Of a stretch of DNA of 29,196 nucleotides, positions 1-9,442 are shown piece by piece. This DNA is from Sporichthyaceae bacterium (GTDB taxonomy: Bacteria > Actinomycetota > Actinomycetes > JACCUZ01), in NCBI GenBank assembly GCA_013698395.1, contig JACCUZ010000121.1:1-29196 (forward strand). The letters are read 5' to 3'. The notes beneath the pieces are model-generated. The model saw nothing but the letters and a program-made list of their open reading frames with translations, was not told the origin of the DNA and ran no database searches. How positions within the stretch are numbered: position 1 is the stretch's first letter; every line of letters starts with the position of its first letter. The translations under genes were made by a program, and so were the position numbers.

Positions 1-2
1 TG

Positions 3-587
3 TTCACCGAATGGCGCCCCTACCACCGCGACGGCGCGCCTGACCTCTGGCCCGAGCCGCTTCGGGATGAGATGACCGAGGTGATGGACGTCGTCTACCA
101 CGACGTCAACAACGGGGTCTACCGGGCCGGTTTCGCGGGGAGCCAGCGTTCCTACGAGGCTGCCTACCGTGCCCTCTTCGACCAACTCGACTGGCTCGAA
201 GACCGGCTACGCGACCGGCGCTACCTGATGGGCGACACGATCACCGAGGCGGACATCCGGCTCTTCACCACGCTGGTGCGCTTCGACGCCGTCTACCACA
301 ACCACTTCAAGTGCAACCGGAACAAGCTGACCGAGATGCCCGTGCTCTGGGCCTACGCGCGCGACCTGTTCCAGACTCCGGGATTCGGCGACACAGTCGA
401 CTTCACGTCCATCAAGCGGCACTACTACCTGGTGCCCACCGACATCAACCCGACGGGGGTGGTGCCGGCCGGCCCCGACCTGAGCGGGTGGGAGAGCGCC
501 CACCATCGCGAGCAGCTCGGCGGCCGGCCGTTCGGTGACGGCACCCCCCCGACGGCGCCGGCGGAGACCGCGGGAATCGCCAGCTAG
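3..587 (+). CDS. Glutathione S-transferase, Xi/omega-like class (YqjG/ECM4 glutathionyl-hydroquinone reductase family); 5' end outside window
   Basis: Frame is open from base 3 (FTEWRPYHRDGAPDLWPEPLRDEM...). Family motifs VNNGVYRAGFA, TEADIRLFTTLVRFDAVY, HFKCN, IKRHYY and INPTGVVPAGP are present. Confidence 0.9.
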   Translation, partial: FTEWRPYHRDGAPDLWPEPLRDEMTEVMDVVYHDVNNGVYRAGFAGSQRSYEAAYRALFDQLDWLEDRLRDRRYLMGDTITEADIRLFTTLVRFDAVYHNHFKCNRNKLTEMPVLWAYARDLFQTPGFGDTVDFTSIKRHYYLVPTDINPTGVVPAGPDLSGWESAHHREQLGGRPFGDGTPPTAPAETAGIAS

Positions 588-614
588 CCATCCTCCTGCC
601 GCCCAGAGACACCG

Positions 615-620
615 TAGGCT
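615..620 (+). promoter_or_regulatory. Probable -10 hexamer (TAGGCT) of a leaderless promoter for the thiolase
   Basis: TANNNT hexamer lies 6 nt before the GTG at 627 and no Shine-Dalgarno is present; typical actinobacterial leaderless geometry. Confidence 0.6.
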
Positions 621-626
621 CGAGCG

Positions 627-1826
627 GTGAGCGAGGCTTTCCTCGTCGACGGCGTCCGCACCCCGATCGGCCGGTACGGCGGCGCGCTGGCGGCCGTACG
701 CCCGGACGACCTGGCGGCGCACGTGCTCTTCTGCCTGCGGGACCGGCAGCCGTCGGTCGACTGGACGGCCGTCGACGACGTGGTTCTCGGCTGCGCGAAC
801 CAGGCTGGTGAGGACAACCGCAACGTCGCCCGGATGGCGCTGCTGCTGGCCGGGCTGCCCGAGACGGTCTCCGGGTCGACGGTCAACCGGCTGTGCGGGT
901 CGGGTGCCGACGCGGTGGCGATCGCGGCCCGCGCGGTGCGCTGCGGAGAGGCCGACCTGGTCGTTGCGGGCGGGGTGGAGAGCATGAGCAGGGCGCCGTT
1001 CGTCATGGCGAAGGCCCAGGCGGCGTACGACCGCAGCGTGGCCGTGCACGACACCACCCTGGGCTGGCGGTTCGTGAACCCGCGGATGGAGGCGGCCTAC
1101 GGGACGGACCAGATGGGCGAGACAGCCGAGAACGTCGCCGATGAGCACGGCGTGGCGCGCGCGGACCAGGACGCGTTCGCACTGCGGTCGCAGGAGCGGA
1201 CCGCCCGCGCGCAGGACTCGGGGCGGCTGGCCCGCGAGATCGTCGCGGTGCCCGTGCCGCAACGGCGCGGCGAGCCGGTGCTGGTCGACAGCGACGAGCA
1301 CCCCCGACGCACCTCAGCTCAGACGCTGGCCGCCCTGACACCCGCGTTCCGGGCGGGGGGAACAGTGACAGCCGGAAACTCCTCGGGCGTCAACGACGGC
1401 GCAGCTGCGCTGCTCGTCGCCTCCCAGCGCGCCGTGAACCGCTACGGGTTGGAACCGCTGGCGCGCATCACCGGCTCCGCGACGGTGGGGGTGCCGCCTC
1501 GGGTGATGGGCATCGGCCCCGCGCCCGCGACGCAGAAGTTGTTGCAACGAGCGGTCCTCGGCATCAGCGACGTCGACCTCGTGGAGGTCAACGAGGCGTT
1601 CGCCGCTCAGGTGCTGGCCGTGCTGCGCATGCTGGGACTGCCCGACGACGCCGAGCACGTCAACCCCAACGGTGGCGCGATCGCCCTGGGTCATCCCCTG
1701 GGCATGAGCGGCGCCCGGCTCGCGCTGACCGCAGCGACCGAGCTCTCCGACCGTGATGCTCGTCGGGCCGTCGTCACCATGTGCATCGGCGTCGGCCAGG
1801 GCATCGCGCTGCTGCTGGAGCGGTGA
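627..1826 (+). CDS. pcaF: Acetyl-CoA C-acyltransferase, 3-oxoadipyl-CoA thiolase (PcaF/PaaJ) type
   Basis: RTPIGRYGG; [16 protein letters not shown]; catalytic Cys in NRLCGSG; NEAFA; GHPLG; MCIGVGQG. Confidence 0.88.
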   Translation: MSEAFLVDGVRTPIGRYGGALAAVRPDDLAAHVLFCLRDRQPSVDWTAVDDVVLGCANQAGEDNRNVARMALLLAGLPETVSGSTVNRLCGSGADAVAIAARAVRCGEADLVVAGGVESMSRAPFVMAKAQAAYDRSVAVHDTTLGWRFVNPRMEAAYGTDQMGETAENVADEHGVARADQDAFALRSQERTARAQDSGRLAREIVAVPVPQRRGEPVLVDSDEHPRRTSAQTLAALTPAFRAGGTVTAGNSSGVNDGAAALLVASQRAVNRYGLEPLARITGSATVGVPPRVMGIGPAPATQKLLQRAVLGISDVDLVEVNEAFAAQVLAVLRMLGLPDDAEHVNPNGGAIALGHPLGMSGARLALTAATELSDRDARRAVVTMCIGVGQGIALLLER

Positions 1827-1839
1827 AGATCCCCGATTG

Positions 1840-2847
1840 TCAGGTCACGAGCACCGCACGGGCCTTGATCTCTCCGCGCTTGAGCCGCATCAGTGCTTGG
1901 TTCGCCTCGGCCAGCGGGTAGGGCTCGCAGACCGCCCGCAACTTGCTGGCCGCCGCGAGCTGGAGGACTTCACGCATCTGCTGCCGGCTGCCGAGAATCG
2001 AGCCGACCACCACTTTCTCCTCCGCGAACTGCACCTGACCGATCGTGGCGTGGACTCCGAGGATGATGATGCCTCCGGGCTTCGTCGCCTGGACGGCCTG
2101 GGCGACCACGGCGTCCGAGGGGGCGAAGACGATGGCAGCGTCCACCCCGCCGGACTTGGCCAGTGTCTCACCGGGATCCTCCCGCGACGCGTCGACAGTG
2201 CGCGAGGCGCCCAGCTCCCTCGCCAGTTCGAGATGAGCGGCGCCGCGGCTCACAGCAATGACATCGCCGCCGTATAGCGCGGCGAGCTGGAGAACCACGT
2301 GTCCGACACCACCCACCCCGAACACCGCCACGCTCTTGGTCGGTGAGAGGCTCGCCTTCGCGACGCTTCCGTAGGCAGTGATGCCGGGGCAGAACAATGG
2401 CGCAGCGTCGGCGAAGTCGAGCTCATCAGGCAGCGGGTGAGTGTGACCGGCGGTCGCGAGCATGTACTCGGCATAGCCTCCGTCGACCGTCTCGCCCGTG
2501 ATCTCCTTGGACTGGCAGAGCTGCTCGCGTCCTGACAGGCAGTACTCACATCGACCGCATGTCGACCAGATCGGCTGGACGCCCACCCGGTCGCCGACGT
2601 CGAACCCTGTCACCCCCTCACCGAGGGCTTCCACCGTCCCGACCACCTCGTGCCCGGGGATGATCGGAAAGATGGAGGGAACACCGGCCCAGTGGCCCTC
2701 GACCATGTGCAGGTTCGAGCGGCATACGCCGCACGCCGCGACCTTCACCAAGACCTGGCCGGTGCCAGGCTCGGGGTCGTCCCGCTCGGTGACGAGCAGT
2801 GGTTCGTCCTCGATCTGACCGTAGGCGTCAAGCAGGACAGCCCTCAT
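1840..2847 (-). CDS. Zinc-dependent medium-chain alcohol dehydrogenase (AdhP/CAD-like)
   Basis: Start MRAVLLD at 2847 with GGAGG RBS; the longer ORF start at 3135 overlaps dhaL. Catalytic Zn ligands CGVC, GHE, FCPG; structural Zn CGRCEYCLSGREQLC; GVGGVG. Confidence 0.9.
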   Translation of the reverse strand: MRAVLLDAYGQIEDEPLLVTERDDPEPGTGQVLVKVAACGVCRSNLHMVEGHWAGVPSIFPIIPGHEVVGTVEALGEGVTGFDVGDRVGVQPIWSTCGRCEYCLSGREQLCQSKEITGETVDGGYAEYMLATAGHTHPLPDELDFADAAPLFCPGITAYGSVAKASLSPTKSVAVFGVGGVGHVVLQLAALYGGDVIAVSRGAAHLELARELGASRTVDASREDPGETLAKSGGVDAAIVFAPSDAVVAQAVQATKPGGIIILGVHATIGQVQFAEEKVVVGSILGSRQQMREVLQLAAASKLRAVCEPYPLAEANQALMRLKRGEIKARAVLVT

Positions 2848-2878
2848 GGTGAAGCCTCCAGGGTGTTGTGATGTGAAC

Positions 2879-3508
2879 TCAGGTGTTGGTGCCGCGCGCG
2901 GAAGCGAACAACGCCTCAAGCAGTCGGAGGTATGCGGTTGCCCCGGGATCGGGATGGCCAATGCTGCGCTCGCCGACCCAGGCCGCCCGGCCACGTCTCG
3001 ACTGCAGCGCCGAAGTCTCCTCCACGGCCGTCCGCGCGTCGGCGACCATCCGGGCCAGCATGTCCTCATCGGGAATGTCCGAAGACTCGGCGATGTCAAC
3101 CGTTGGCGCCATGGCGTCGAGGATCGTCTTGTCACCCAGCTGGGCCTTGCCCCGCGTCATGATGCTGTCGAAGGCAGCCCGAAGCATCGCGGCGGCACCC
3201 TGCCTGTCGAGCTCGCCGGAGTCACCGACAGTCTTAGCACCAGCGAGCAAGGCTCCACCCACGAGCGCCGCCATGGTCGAGGGGTTGCCGCCCGCGAAGG
3301 AAGCACCCGACGTCCGGAGCACCTGACCCGGAGTGGGATCCGCATCCAGCGCGGCAAGCTTGGTGCGCACAGCTGCACACCCCTTGCTGACGGTGATGCC
3401 GAGGTCGCCATCGCCTACGGCCGCATCGAGGTCGCGCAGTTCGTCCCGACTCGCCTCCAGAACGCCCAGCGCCTGGTCGACCAGCTGGCGCAGCTCGGTC
3501 CCGTTCAC
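2879..3508 (-). CDS. dhaL: Dihydroxyacetone kinase L subunit (DAK2 domain)
   Basis: DAAVGDGDLG, GKAQLGDKTILDA, GRAAWVGERSIGHPDPGA; 4-nt GTGA overlap with the dhaK stop. Confidence 0.9.
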   Translation of the reverse strand: MNGTELRQLVDQALGVLEASRDELRDLDAAVGDGDLGITVSKGCAAVRTKLAALDADPTPGQVLRTSGASFAGGNPSTMAALVGGALLAGAKTVGDSGELDRQGAAAMLRAAFDSIMTRGKAQLGDKTILDAMAPTVDIAESSDIPDEDMLARMVADARTAVEETSALQSRRGRAAWVGERSIGHPDPGATAYLRLLEALFASARGTNT

Positions 3509-4503
3509 TGCTGGAAGAAGGGTGACCGAGCGGGCGCGTCGAGCAGCTGCGTCAGCTCGTTGTCGAGCCGGATCACCGAGACGGAGGCTCCGGCCATCTC
3601 CAGGCTGGTCGCGAACTCGCCGACGTACGGTCGGTGAATCTCCACACCGATGTCGTCGAGCAGCGCATGCGCGCGGCGGTACAGGACGTAAAGCTCCTCG
3701 AGGGGGGTAGCCCCCAAGCCGTTGACGAGCACGGCAACTCGGTCGCCGGAGACCAGCTCGAGGTCGTCGGTGATAGCGCCGACGAGTCGGTCGGTCACGG
3801 CGTCCGCCGTCTCCAGTGCCCCACGGTGTATGCCAGGTTCGCCGTGAATGCCGATGCCGATCTCCATCTCACCTGCAGCGAGCTCGAACGTCGGCTTTCC
3901 TGCTGCCGGCAGGATGGTTGGCGACAGGCCGACACCCATGGTGCGGGTGTTCGCCACGGCGGCAGCCGCGATCTCGGCGACCCCCTCGAGATCGGCTCCA
4001 CGCTCGGCGGCCGCACCCGCGCACTTATAGGCGAAGAAGATGCCAGCGATGCCGCGCCGCTCCGCGGCTCGGTCGGGAGGCGCCGAGGCAACGTCGTCGG
4101 CCGCTAGAACGGTGCGCGTGGGTATCCCTTCGGCGTCCGCGAGGTCTCCGGCGAGGTCGAAGTTGAGGACATCGCCTCCGTAGTTTCCGTAGAGATAGAG
4201 CACTCCGGCGCCGCCACTGGACGCCTGTGTCGCCGACAGCATCTGCTCGGCGGACGGCGAGGAGAACACGTTGCCGATCGCCACTCCGGTACACAGTCCC
4301 GATCCGACGTAGCCCAGGAAGAGCGGCAGATGCCCCGAGCCGCCCCCGGTCACGATGCCCACCTTGCCGTCTAGGGGTGCATCCGCCCTGACAAGCGCCC
4401 GGTTGTCCGGTGCGGCTGACCTCAGCAGGTGATGATGCGCCAGCAGCAACCCGTCGAGCACCTCGTCGACGAACGCGTCTGGGTCGTTGATGAGCTTCTT
4501 CAC
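3505..4503 (-). CDS. dhaK: Dihydroxyacetone kinase K subunit (DAK1 domain), variant subfamily
   Basis: GTG start (KKLINDP) behind AAGGAG RBS; GGGSGHLP, GNVFSSPS, NYGGD, EIGIGIHGEPG, NGLGATPLEEL, TSLEMAGAS. Confidence 0.88.
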   Translation of the reverse strand: MKKLINDPDAFVDEVLDGLLLAHHHLLRSAAPDNRALVRADAPLDGKVGIVTGGGSGHLPLFLGYVGSGLCTGVAIGNVFSSPSAEQMLSATQASSGGAGVLYLYGNYGGDVLNFDLAGDLADAEGIPTRTVLAADDVASAPPDRAAERRGIAGIFFAYKCAGAAAERGADLEGVAEIAAAAVANTRTMGVGLSPTILPAAGKPTFELAAGEMEIGIGIHGEPGIHRGALETADAVTDRLVGAITDDLELVSGDRVAVLVNGLGATPLEELYVLYRRAHALLDDIGVEIHRPYVGEFATSLEMAGASVSVIRLDNELTQLLDAPARSPFFQQ

Positions 4504-4534
4504 CGGGTCTCCTTCGTCTCGGACGTCTCCTGCC

Positions 4535-5668
4535 TTACTGTTCATGCTCCCGCTCACGCGGTGGGACGGGCGGCCCCAGTGCTGCCGGCAACTGCTCTGA
4601 CGGAGCCCCGTCGACATCTCGACCGCTCCGCATCCGTAGTGCCGAGCGGAGGTCGTATCGCTGTGTGATGGTGCTCAGGCCCAGGACGCCGATGAGAATG
4701 ACCCCCTGCGCGATCTGGTAGAGGAACGAGTTGAAACCCACCATGTTGAACCCGCTCGCGACCATCTGGAGGACGAAGGCCGACAGCACGACACCGGTCA
4801 CCGTGCCGGAGCCGCCCATGGGGTTCACGCCACCAAGAACCACGATCACGATGGCGAGCAGGACGTAGGACGCTCCGTAGTCTGCGTTGGCGCTCGCGGA
4901 ACGAGCGGCGATGAGGATGCCCGCGAGCGACGACAAGAAGGCACTCATGAGATAGGTCCGCATCAAGACGCGGTCGTTGTTCAGGCCGCTGTACCTGGCG
5001 GCCGTCGGGTTGGCACCGACGAGCTTGATCCGCAGCCCCATGCCGGTCCGGTTCACGAAGACCGCCGTACCGACCGCCGCTAACAGCAGGACAACCACCG
5101 GCGCTGGCACGCCAGCGACGAAGCCCGTGCCAATGTTCAGGAAGCTCTCGGGCATGCCATAGATCGCCCGACCACCGGTCCAGACGATCGCCACCCCGTT
5201 CAGCAGCTGGAGCGTGCCGAGCGTCGCCAGGATGGGGGTTATGCGCAACCGCGTGATCAACAGCCCGTTGAGCGCCCCGCAAGCCGTGCCGGCAGCCACC
5301 CCGACGGCTATGAACCCCACCGTCATCACCACCGAGCTGCTCCCGGACGCCGTGCCCGACCCAGCGGACATGAACAGCTGGGCGGTGACGATCGCGGCGA
5401 TGTTCGCGATCGAGACGATGGACAGATCGATCCCGCCGGTCAGCATGGTCAGCGCGATGGCGAGGCTAAGCAGGCCGATCTCGGCGACCTGGAATCCCAT
5501 CGACTGAAAATTGATGATCGAGAAGAAGTTCCCGCTCGCCAGCGAAAAGATGACAAGCACCACCAACGCGATCGAAGCCAGGCGCACCACGCCGCGCTCG
5601 ACCAACATGCGCTGCACGAGCCGCGCAGTGGGATCGCTGACACCGGTGCGACCGGCTCCGTCGCTCAC
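4535..5668 (-). CDS. Sugar ABC transporter permease (CUT2/RbsC family)
   Basis: GGIDLSI, TPILATLGT, GANPTAARYSGL, VVLGGVNPMGGSG; multiple hydrophobic segments. Confidence 0.92.
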   Translation of the reverse strand: MSDGAGRTGVSDPTARLVQRMLVERGVVRLASIALVVLVIFSLASGNFFSIINFQSMGFQVAEIGLLSLAIALTMLTGGIDLSIVSIANIAAIVTAQLFMSAGSGTASGSSSVVMTVGFIAVGVAAGTACGALNGLLITRLRITPILATLGTLQLLNGVAIVWTGGRAIYGMPESFLNIGTGFVAGVPAPVVVLLLAAVGTAVFVNRTGMGLRIKLVGANPTAARYSGLNNDRVLMRTYLMSAFLSSLAGILIAARSASANADYGASYVLLAIVIVVLGGVNPMGGSGTVTGVVLSAFVLQMVASGFNMVGFNSFLYQIAQGVILIGVLGLSTITQRYDLRSALRMRSGRDVDGAPSEQLPAALGPPVPPREREHEQ

Positions 5669-6711
5669 GCCGGTGCCCCCTCTGCGACGAGGTCCGCCGA
5701 CGTGCGTCGAGACCGAGCGCTGAGAGCCTGCGCCCCGACTCCGACGATCAGCAGCAACCCGACCGCAGCGCGCTGCCAGGATCCCGGCACGCCCAGGAGG
5801 ATCAGCGAGTTGCGGATCAGGGAGATCAGCACGACGCCCAGCACGGTGCCGCTCACGGACCCCTTGCCACCGAAGATGGACGCACCACCTAGGACGACCG
5901 CCGCGATCACGTCGAGCTCGCCACCAACGAGTTCGTAGGGATTAGCCAGGCGTACGCGGGTGACGTGTATCAACCCGGCCACGCCGGCGAGCAGGCCGGC
6001 GAACAGGTAGATGAAGAACTGGATGCCGACCACCGGAAAGCCCGCCCGCCGCGCGGACTCGGCGTCCCCGCCCACGGCGTAGATACCTCTCCCGACCATC
6101 GTGTACCGCAACAACAGGCTCACGAGCACGCAGATGAGGACAGCTGGGACGATGAGCACGCTCAGTCGCGTGGAGGACGTCCCGGTCGCGGTCACGAGAT
6201 AGTTGGTCGACAGCTTGTCGAGCCCCTCTGGATAGTCGGGGATCACCTTGGAGCCGACATAGGCCAGCATCGCGCCACGGATGATTCCTTGAGTCCCGAG
6301 CGTGACGATGAGAGTCGGAAGGTGCAGGCCGGCGATCGCCGCGGCGTTGAGGACGCCGAGGGCCACGCCGATCACAGCGGCGAGCACGAAGCCCACTGGT
6401 GCGCTCGACGCCCCGAAGCCGGTCTCGTTGGTCAGGACGATCACCGAATAGCCGCAAAAAATTCCGATCGCCATGAAGGAGACGTCGATCCCGCCAGAGA
6501 TGATCACGATGAGAACGCCCATCGCGAAGATCACATTGGTCATGGAGTTCGAGGCCACGTTGAGCATGGTCCGAACACTCCAGAACGACGGCTCGACCAC
6601 GCCCACGCCTACGCACAGCACCAGGATGGTCAGCGCGAGGATGCCCTCGTTATTGCTACCGCGCAGCCGGGACAGCCACGGGCGCTGCCCGGCGTCAGAG
6701 GCTGTCGTCAT
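5665..6711 (-). CDS. Sugar ABC transporter permease (CUT2/RbsC family)
   Basis: SGGIDVSF, LPTLIVTLGT, GRGIYAVGGDAESARRAG, ELDVIAAVVLGGASIFGGKG. Confidence 0.92.
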   Translation of the reverse strand: MTTASDAGQRPWLSRLRGSNNEGILALTILVLCVGVGVVEPSFWSVRTMLNVASNSMTNVIFAMGVLIVIISGGIDVSFMAIGIFCGYSVIVLTNETGFGASSAPVGFVLAAVIGVALGVLNAAAIAGLHLPTLIVTLGTQGIIRGAMLAYVGSKVIPDYPEGLDKLSTNYLVTATGTSSTRLSVLIVPAVLICVLVSLLLRYTMVGRGIYAVGGDAESARRAGFPVVGIQFFIYLFAGLLAGVAGLIHVTRVRLANPYELVGGELDVIAAVVLGGASIFGGKGSVSGTVLGVVLISLIRNSLILLGVPGSWQRAAVGLLLIVGVGAQALSARSRRTSADLVAEGAPA

Positions 6712-8204
6712 GCTGCGAGCTCCCTTAGCACAGTCTCTTCGGTGAGCTGTTCACCACTCAGCTCTCCGACAAGACGGCCCTGCCGCACGACCAGGACACG
6801 GTGACAGATGGCTACGAGCTCCGGCACGTCGTCAGAGATGATGACGATTCCCATGCCGTCACGGCTCTTGGCCTGGAGCAGTTCGAGTATCTCGTGCTTG
6901 GAGCCGATGTCGACGCCGACGGTGGGGCTATTGAGGATGAGGACGTGCGGGTCACGGGCAAGCCACTTGCCCAGCGCCACCCGTTGCTGGTTGCCGCCGG
7001 ACAGGCTCCGGACCGGAGCGTCGGCTGAGGACATCTTGATCCGCAGGCCCGTCGCGGTCTCGTCCACCGTCCGCTGCGCAAGCCCAGGGCGCACCAGGTC
7101 GAGCTTGCCGACCAACCGGTCCAGGCTGCCGGCGATGATGTTCCGGCCGATGGACTGGTCGAGGAAGACTCCCTGGGTGAGGCGGTCCCCCGGGACATAG
7201 CCGATGCCTGCCTTGATCGCGTCCTGCGGTGAGCGCAGGCGCACCGGCCGCCCGTCGACACTAACGGATCCGGCGTCCGCCGGAGTCACCCCGAAGAGTG
7301 CCTCGGCTATCTCGCTGCGCCCCGATCCGAGCAGCCCGGTGACGCCGACGACCTCACCTGGTTGCACGCTGAAAGTCACGTCCTTGAACCGACCTTGCAG
7401 GCCGAGTCCCTCGACCTCGAGGAGAGGTTGCTCACTCGAGCGCACGGACTCCGCCGGTCTGGCGTCGGTGACTGCTCGTCCCGTCATCGCCTTGACGATG
7501 GCTGCCCTGTCGAACCGCGTGACGTCACCGGTTACCGCCACGACACCGTTGCGGAGGACGGTGATCCGCTCGGAGATGCGCAGCACCTCCTCGAGCTTGT
7601 GGCTCACGAACACCAGACCGACTCCGCGTTCCTTGAGCGACTCGACAACCCTGAACAGGGCCTCCACCTCCCGCCAGGTGAGGGCTGTCGTCGGCTCGTC
7701 CATGAAGATGATCTGCGCATCACGGGCGAGTGCCCGGCTGATCGCGATGAGCTGCCGGTCGGCGACGGGGAGGTCCTCGACCCGGGCATCAAGGTCGATG
7801 CGAACGCCGATTCGCTCAAGCGCCTCGGCCGCGATACGGCGCACCACGCGCGGCCGCACAACCTTGCGCCGGTCCGCCACCTGAGCAGCGAGCCCGATGT
7901 TCTCGGCCACCGTGAGGTTGGGAAAGAGCGAGAAGTCCTGGAAGATCACCTCGATGCCCAGGCCGATCGCTTGGCGCGGAGTCAGGTGGTGGAACAACTC
8001 GCCGCCGATGCCGATCGTGCCGGCGTCGGGGGCTACGACACCGGCGATGACCTTGATGAGCGTCGACTTGCCAGACCCGTTCTCACCGGCCAAGCAGTGA
8101 ACTTCGCCCGGTCGGACGTCGAAGGAGACGTCAGCGAGCGCGACGACCCCCCCGAAGTGCTTCGAGATGCCGGTCGCCGCGAGCAGAGGCTCAGCTGGAG
8201 CCAT
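6708..8204 (-). CDS. Sugar ABC transporter ATP-binding protein (two-domain RbsA/MglA type)
   Basis: Walker A GENGSGKST; IFMDEPT; LSGGNQQRV; degenerate second Walker B (LILNSPT); AGGAGAGG RBS. Confidence 0.95.
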   Translation of the reverse strand: MAPAEPLLAATGISKHFGGVVALADVSFDVRPGEVHCLAGENGSGKSTLIKVIAGVVAPDAGTIGIGGELFHHLTPRQAIGLGIEVIFQDFSLFPNLTVAENIGLAAQVADRRKVVRPRVVRRIAAEALERIGVRIDLDARVEDLPVADRQLIAISRALARDAQIIFMDEPTTALTWREVEALFRVVESLKERGVGLVFVSHKLEEVLRISERITVLRNGVVAVTGDVTRFDRAAIVKAMTGRAVTDARPAESVRSSEQPLLEVEGLGLQGRFKDVTFSVQPGEVVGVTGLLGSGRSEIAEALFGVTPADAGSVSVDGRPVRLRSPQDAIKAGIGYVPGDRLTQGVFLDQSIGRNIIAGSLDRLVGKLDLVRPGLAQRTVDETATGLRIKMSSADAPVRSLSGGNQQRVALGKWLARDPHVLILNSPTVGVDIGSKHEILELLQAKSRDGMGIVIISDDVPELVAICHRVLVVRQGRLVGELSGEQLTEETVLRELAA

Positions 8205-8225
8205 TCCGGCGCCCCTCTCCTAGGT

Positions 8226-8263
8226 GACCGGGGTGGGCCGCTGCGCGCCCGCCCACCCCGGTC
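8226..8263. terminator. GC-rich stem-loop between the SBP and ATPase genes (mRNA stabiliser or partial terminator)
   Basis: Perfect 13-bp inverted repeat GACCGGGGTGGGC / GCCCACCCCGGTC with a 12-nt loop, directly after the SBP stop; no U-tract. Confidence 0.7.
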
Positions 8264-8287
8264 GGGTCGCCCCGGTGAGACTACGAA

Positions 8288-9322
8288 TCAGAAGGGGTAG
8301 TCCTTGGCGTTGGACTTGTCCACGTCGATCCACGCGTTTCCCGCGTAGGCCGCCGGAGTTCCCTTGATCCGCTTGAGGTCCTCGTAACCCGTCAACTCCA
8401 GATCCAGACCCTCCTTGATCTTCTCGCCCTGTGCCAGCATGACAGCAAGTTTCTGCTGCGCTTTGCCCGCGAGCGCTGGGTCCCAGAAGAAGATCTTGTC
8501 GATCGAGCCATCGTCGAGGAACTTGCCCGCGATCGACGGAATGCTGGTGCCCATCACGCAGGTCTTGTCCTGCAGGCCGGCCTCCTGGATGGCGCGCCCA
8601 ATTCCCGCAACATCTGTTGCGGCGCTGCCCTCGAACCCCTTGATGTCGGGGTACTTGGCGAGCAGCTCCTTGGTCTTCTGGTAGGCCACGTTCGCGTCCT
8701 CCAGCCCTTCGATCGGGTCGCCGATCCGCTCGATGTCCGCGTACTTGGACTCTGCCTGGTTGAACGCTCCTTCGACCCACTCCATGTGGCTCTTCGCGGT
8801 CAGGTGTCCGACGAACGCGACGTACTTGCCCTCACCGCCCATGCACTCGGAGAGGTTGTCCATGATGTGCGCGCCGTAGGCGTCGTTGTCGAACGCCTCG
8901 ATATCGACATCAGTGTTCTTCTGGTTGCTCGCCTCATGGGTGACGACGAAGATGCCTGCGTTGCGGGCCTGCTTCAGCACACCCTCAAGCGCCTCGGGTG
9001 CGTTCGGCACGACGGTGATCGCCGTTGGCTTTTGCGCAATCAGATCCTGGATGATCTTGACCTGCTTCTCGGGGCTGGCGTCGTCAGCTCCCGTCATCGA
9101 GGACTGGGTGCCCTCCTCCTGGCCGAACTCGTCGATGCCGGTCTCCATGCGGTCGAACCACCCGACACCGAGCAGCTTGACGACCGTGACGATCTTCATG
9201 TCCTCGGGCTTGAGGTCCTTGGAGCCCGCTGTGGTGCTGCTACCGCCGTCCCCGGACGAGCATGCGGCCAGCACGAGCGAGAGCACCAGTGCGGCTGCGC
9301 CCGCCATCCGTCCTTTGATCAT
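8288..9322 (-). CDS. Sugar ABC transporter substrate-binding lipoprotein (periplasmic binding protein type 1, LsrB/RhaS-like)
   Basis: Lipobox LAAC; VVKLLGVGWFDRMETG; QVKIIQDLIAQ; WDPALAG; GGGGAG RBS. Confidence 0.9.
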   Translation of the reverse strand: MIKGRMAGAAALVLSLVLAACSSGDGGSSTTAGSKDLKPEDMKIVTVVKLLGVGWFDRMETGIDEFGQEEGTQSSMTGADDASPEKQVKIIQDLIAQKPTAITVVPNAPEALEGVLKQARNAGIFVVTHEASNQKNTDVDIEAFDNDAYGAHIMDNLSECMGGEGKYVAFVGHLTAKSHMEWVEGAFNQAESKYADIERIGDPIEGLEDANVAYQKTKELLAKYPDIKGFEGSAATDVAGIGRAIQEAGLQDKTCVMGTSIPSIAGKFLDDGSIDKIFFWDPALAGKAQQKLAVMLAQGEKIKEGLDLELTGYEDLKRIKGTPAAYAGNAWIDVDKSNAKDYPF

Positions 9323-9442
9323 TGCAATCTCCCCTCGCCACTACACGGTCTCCGTTCGGAGCAGAACTTGCCTAGCGGTGTGGCCGGGTTACCAGTCCCG
9401 ACTCCGCCACCTCCTCCGGCTCAAAGCGGCTGACTTGACACT

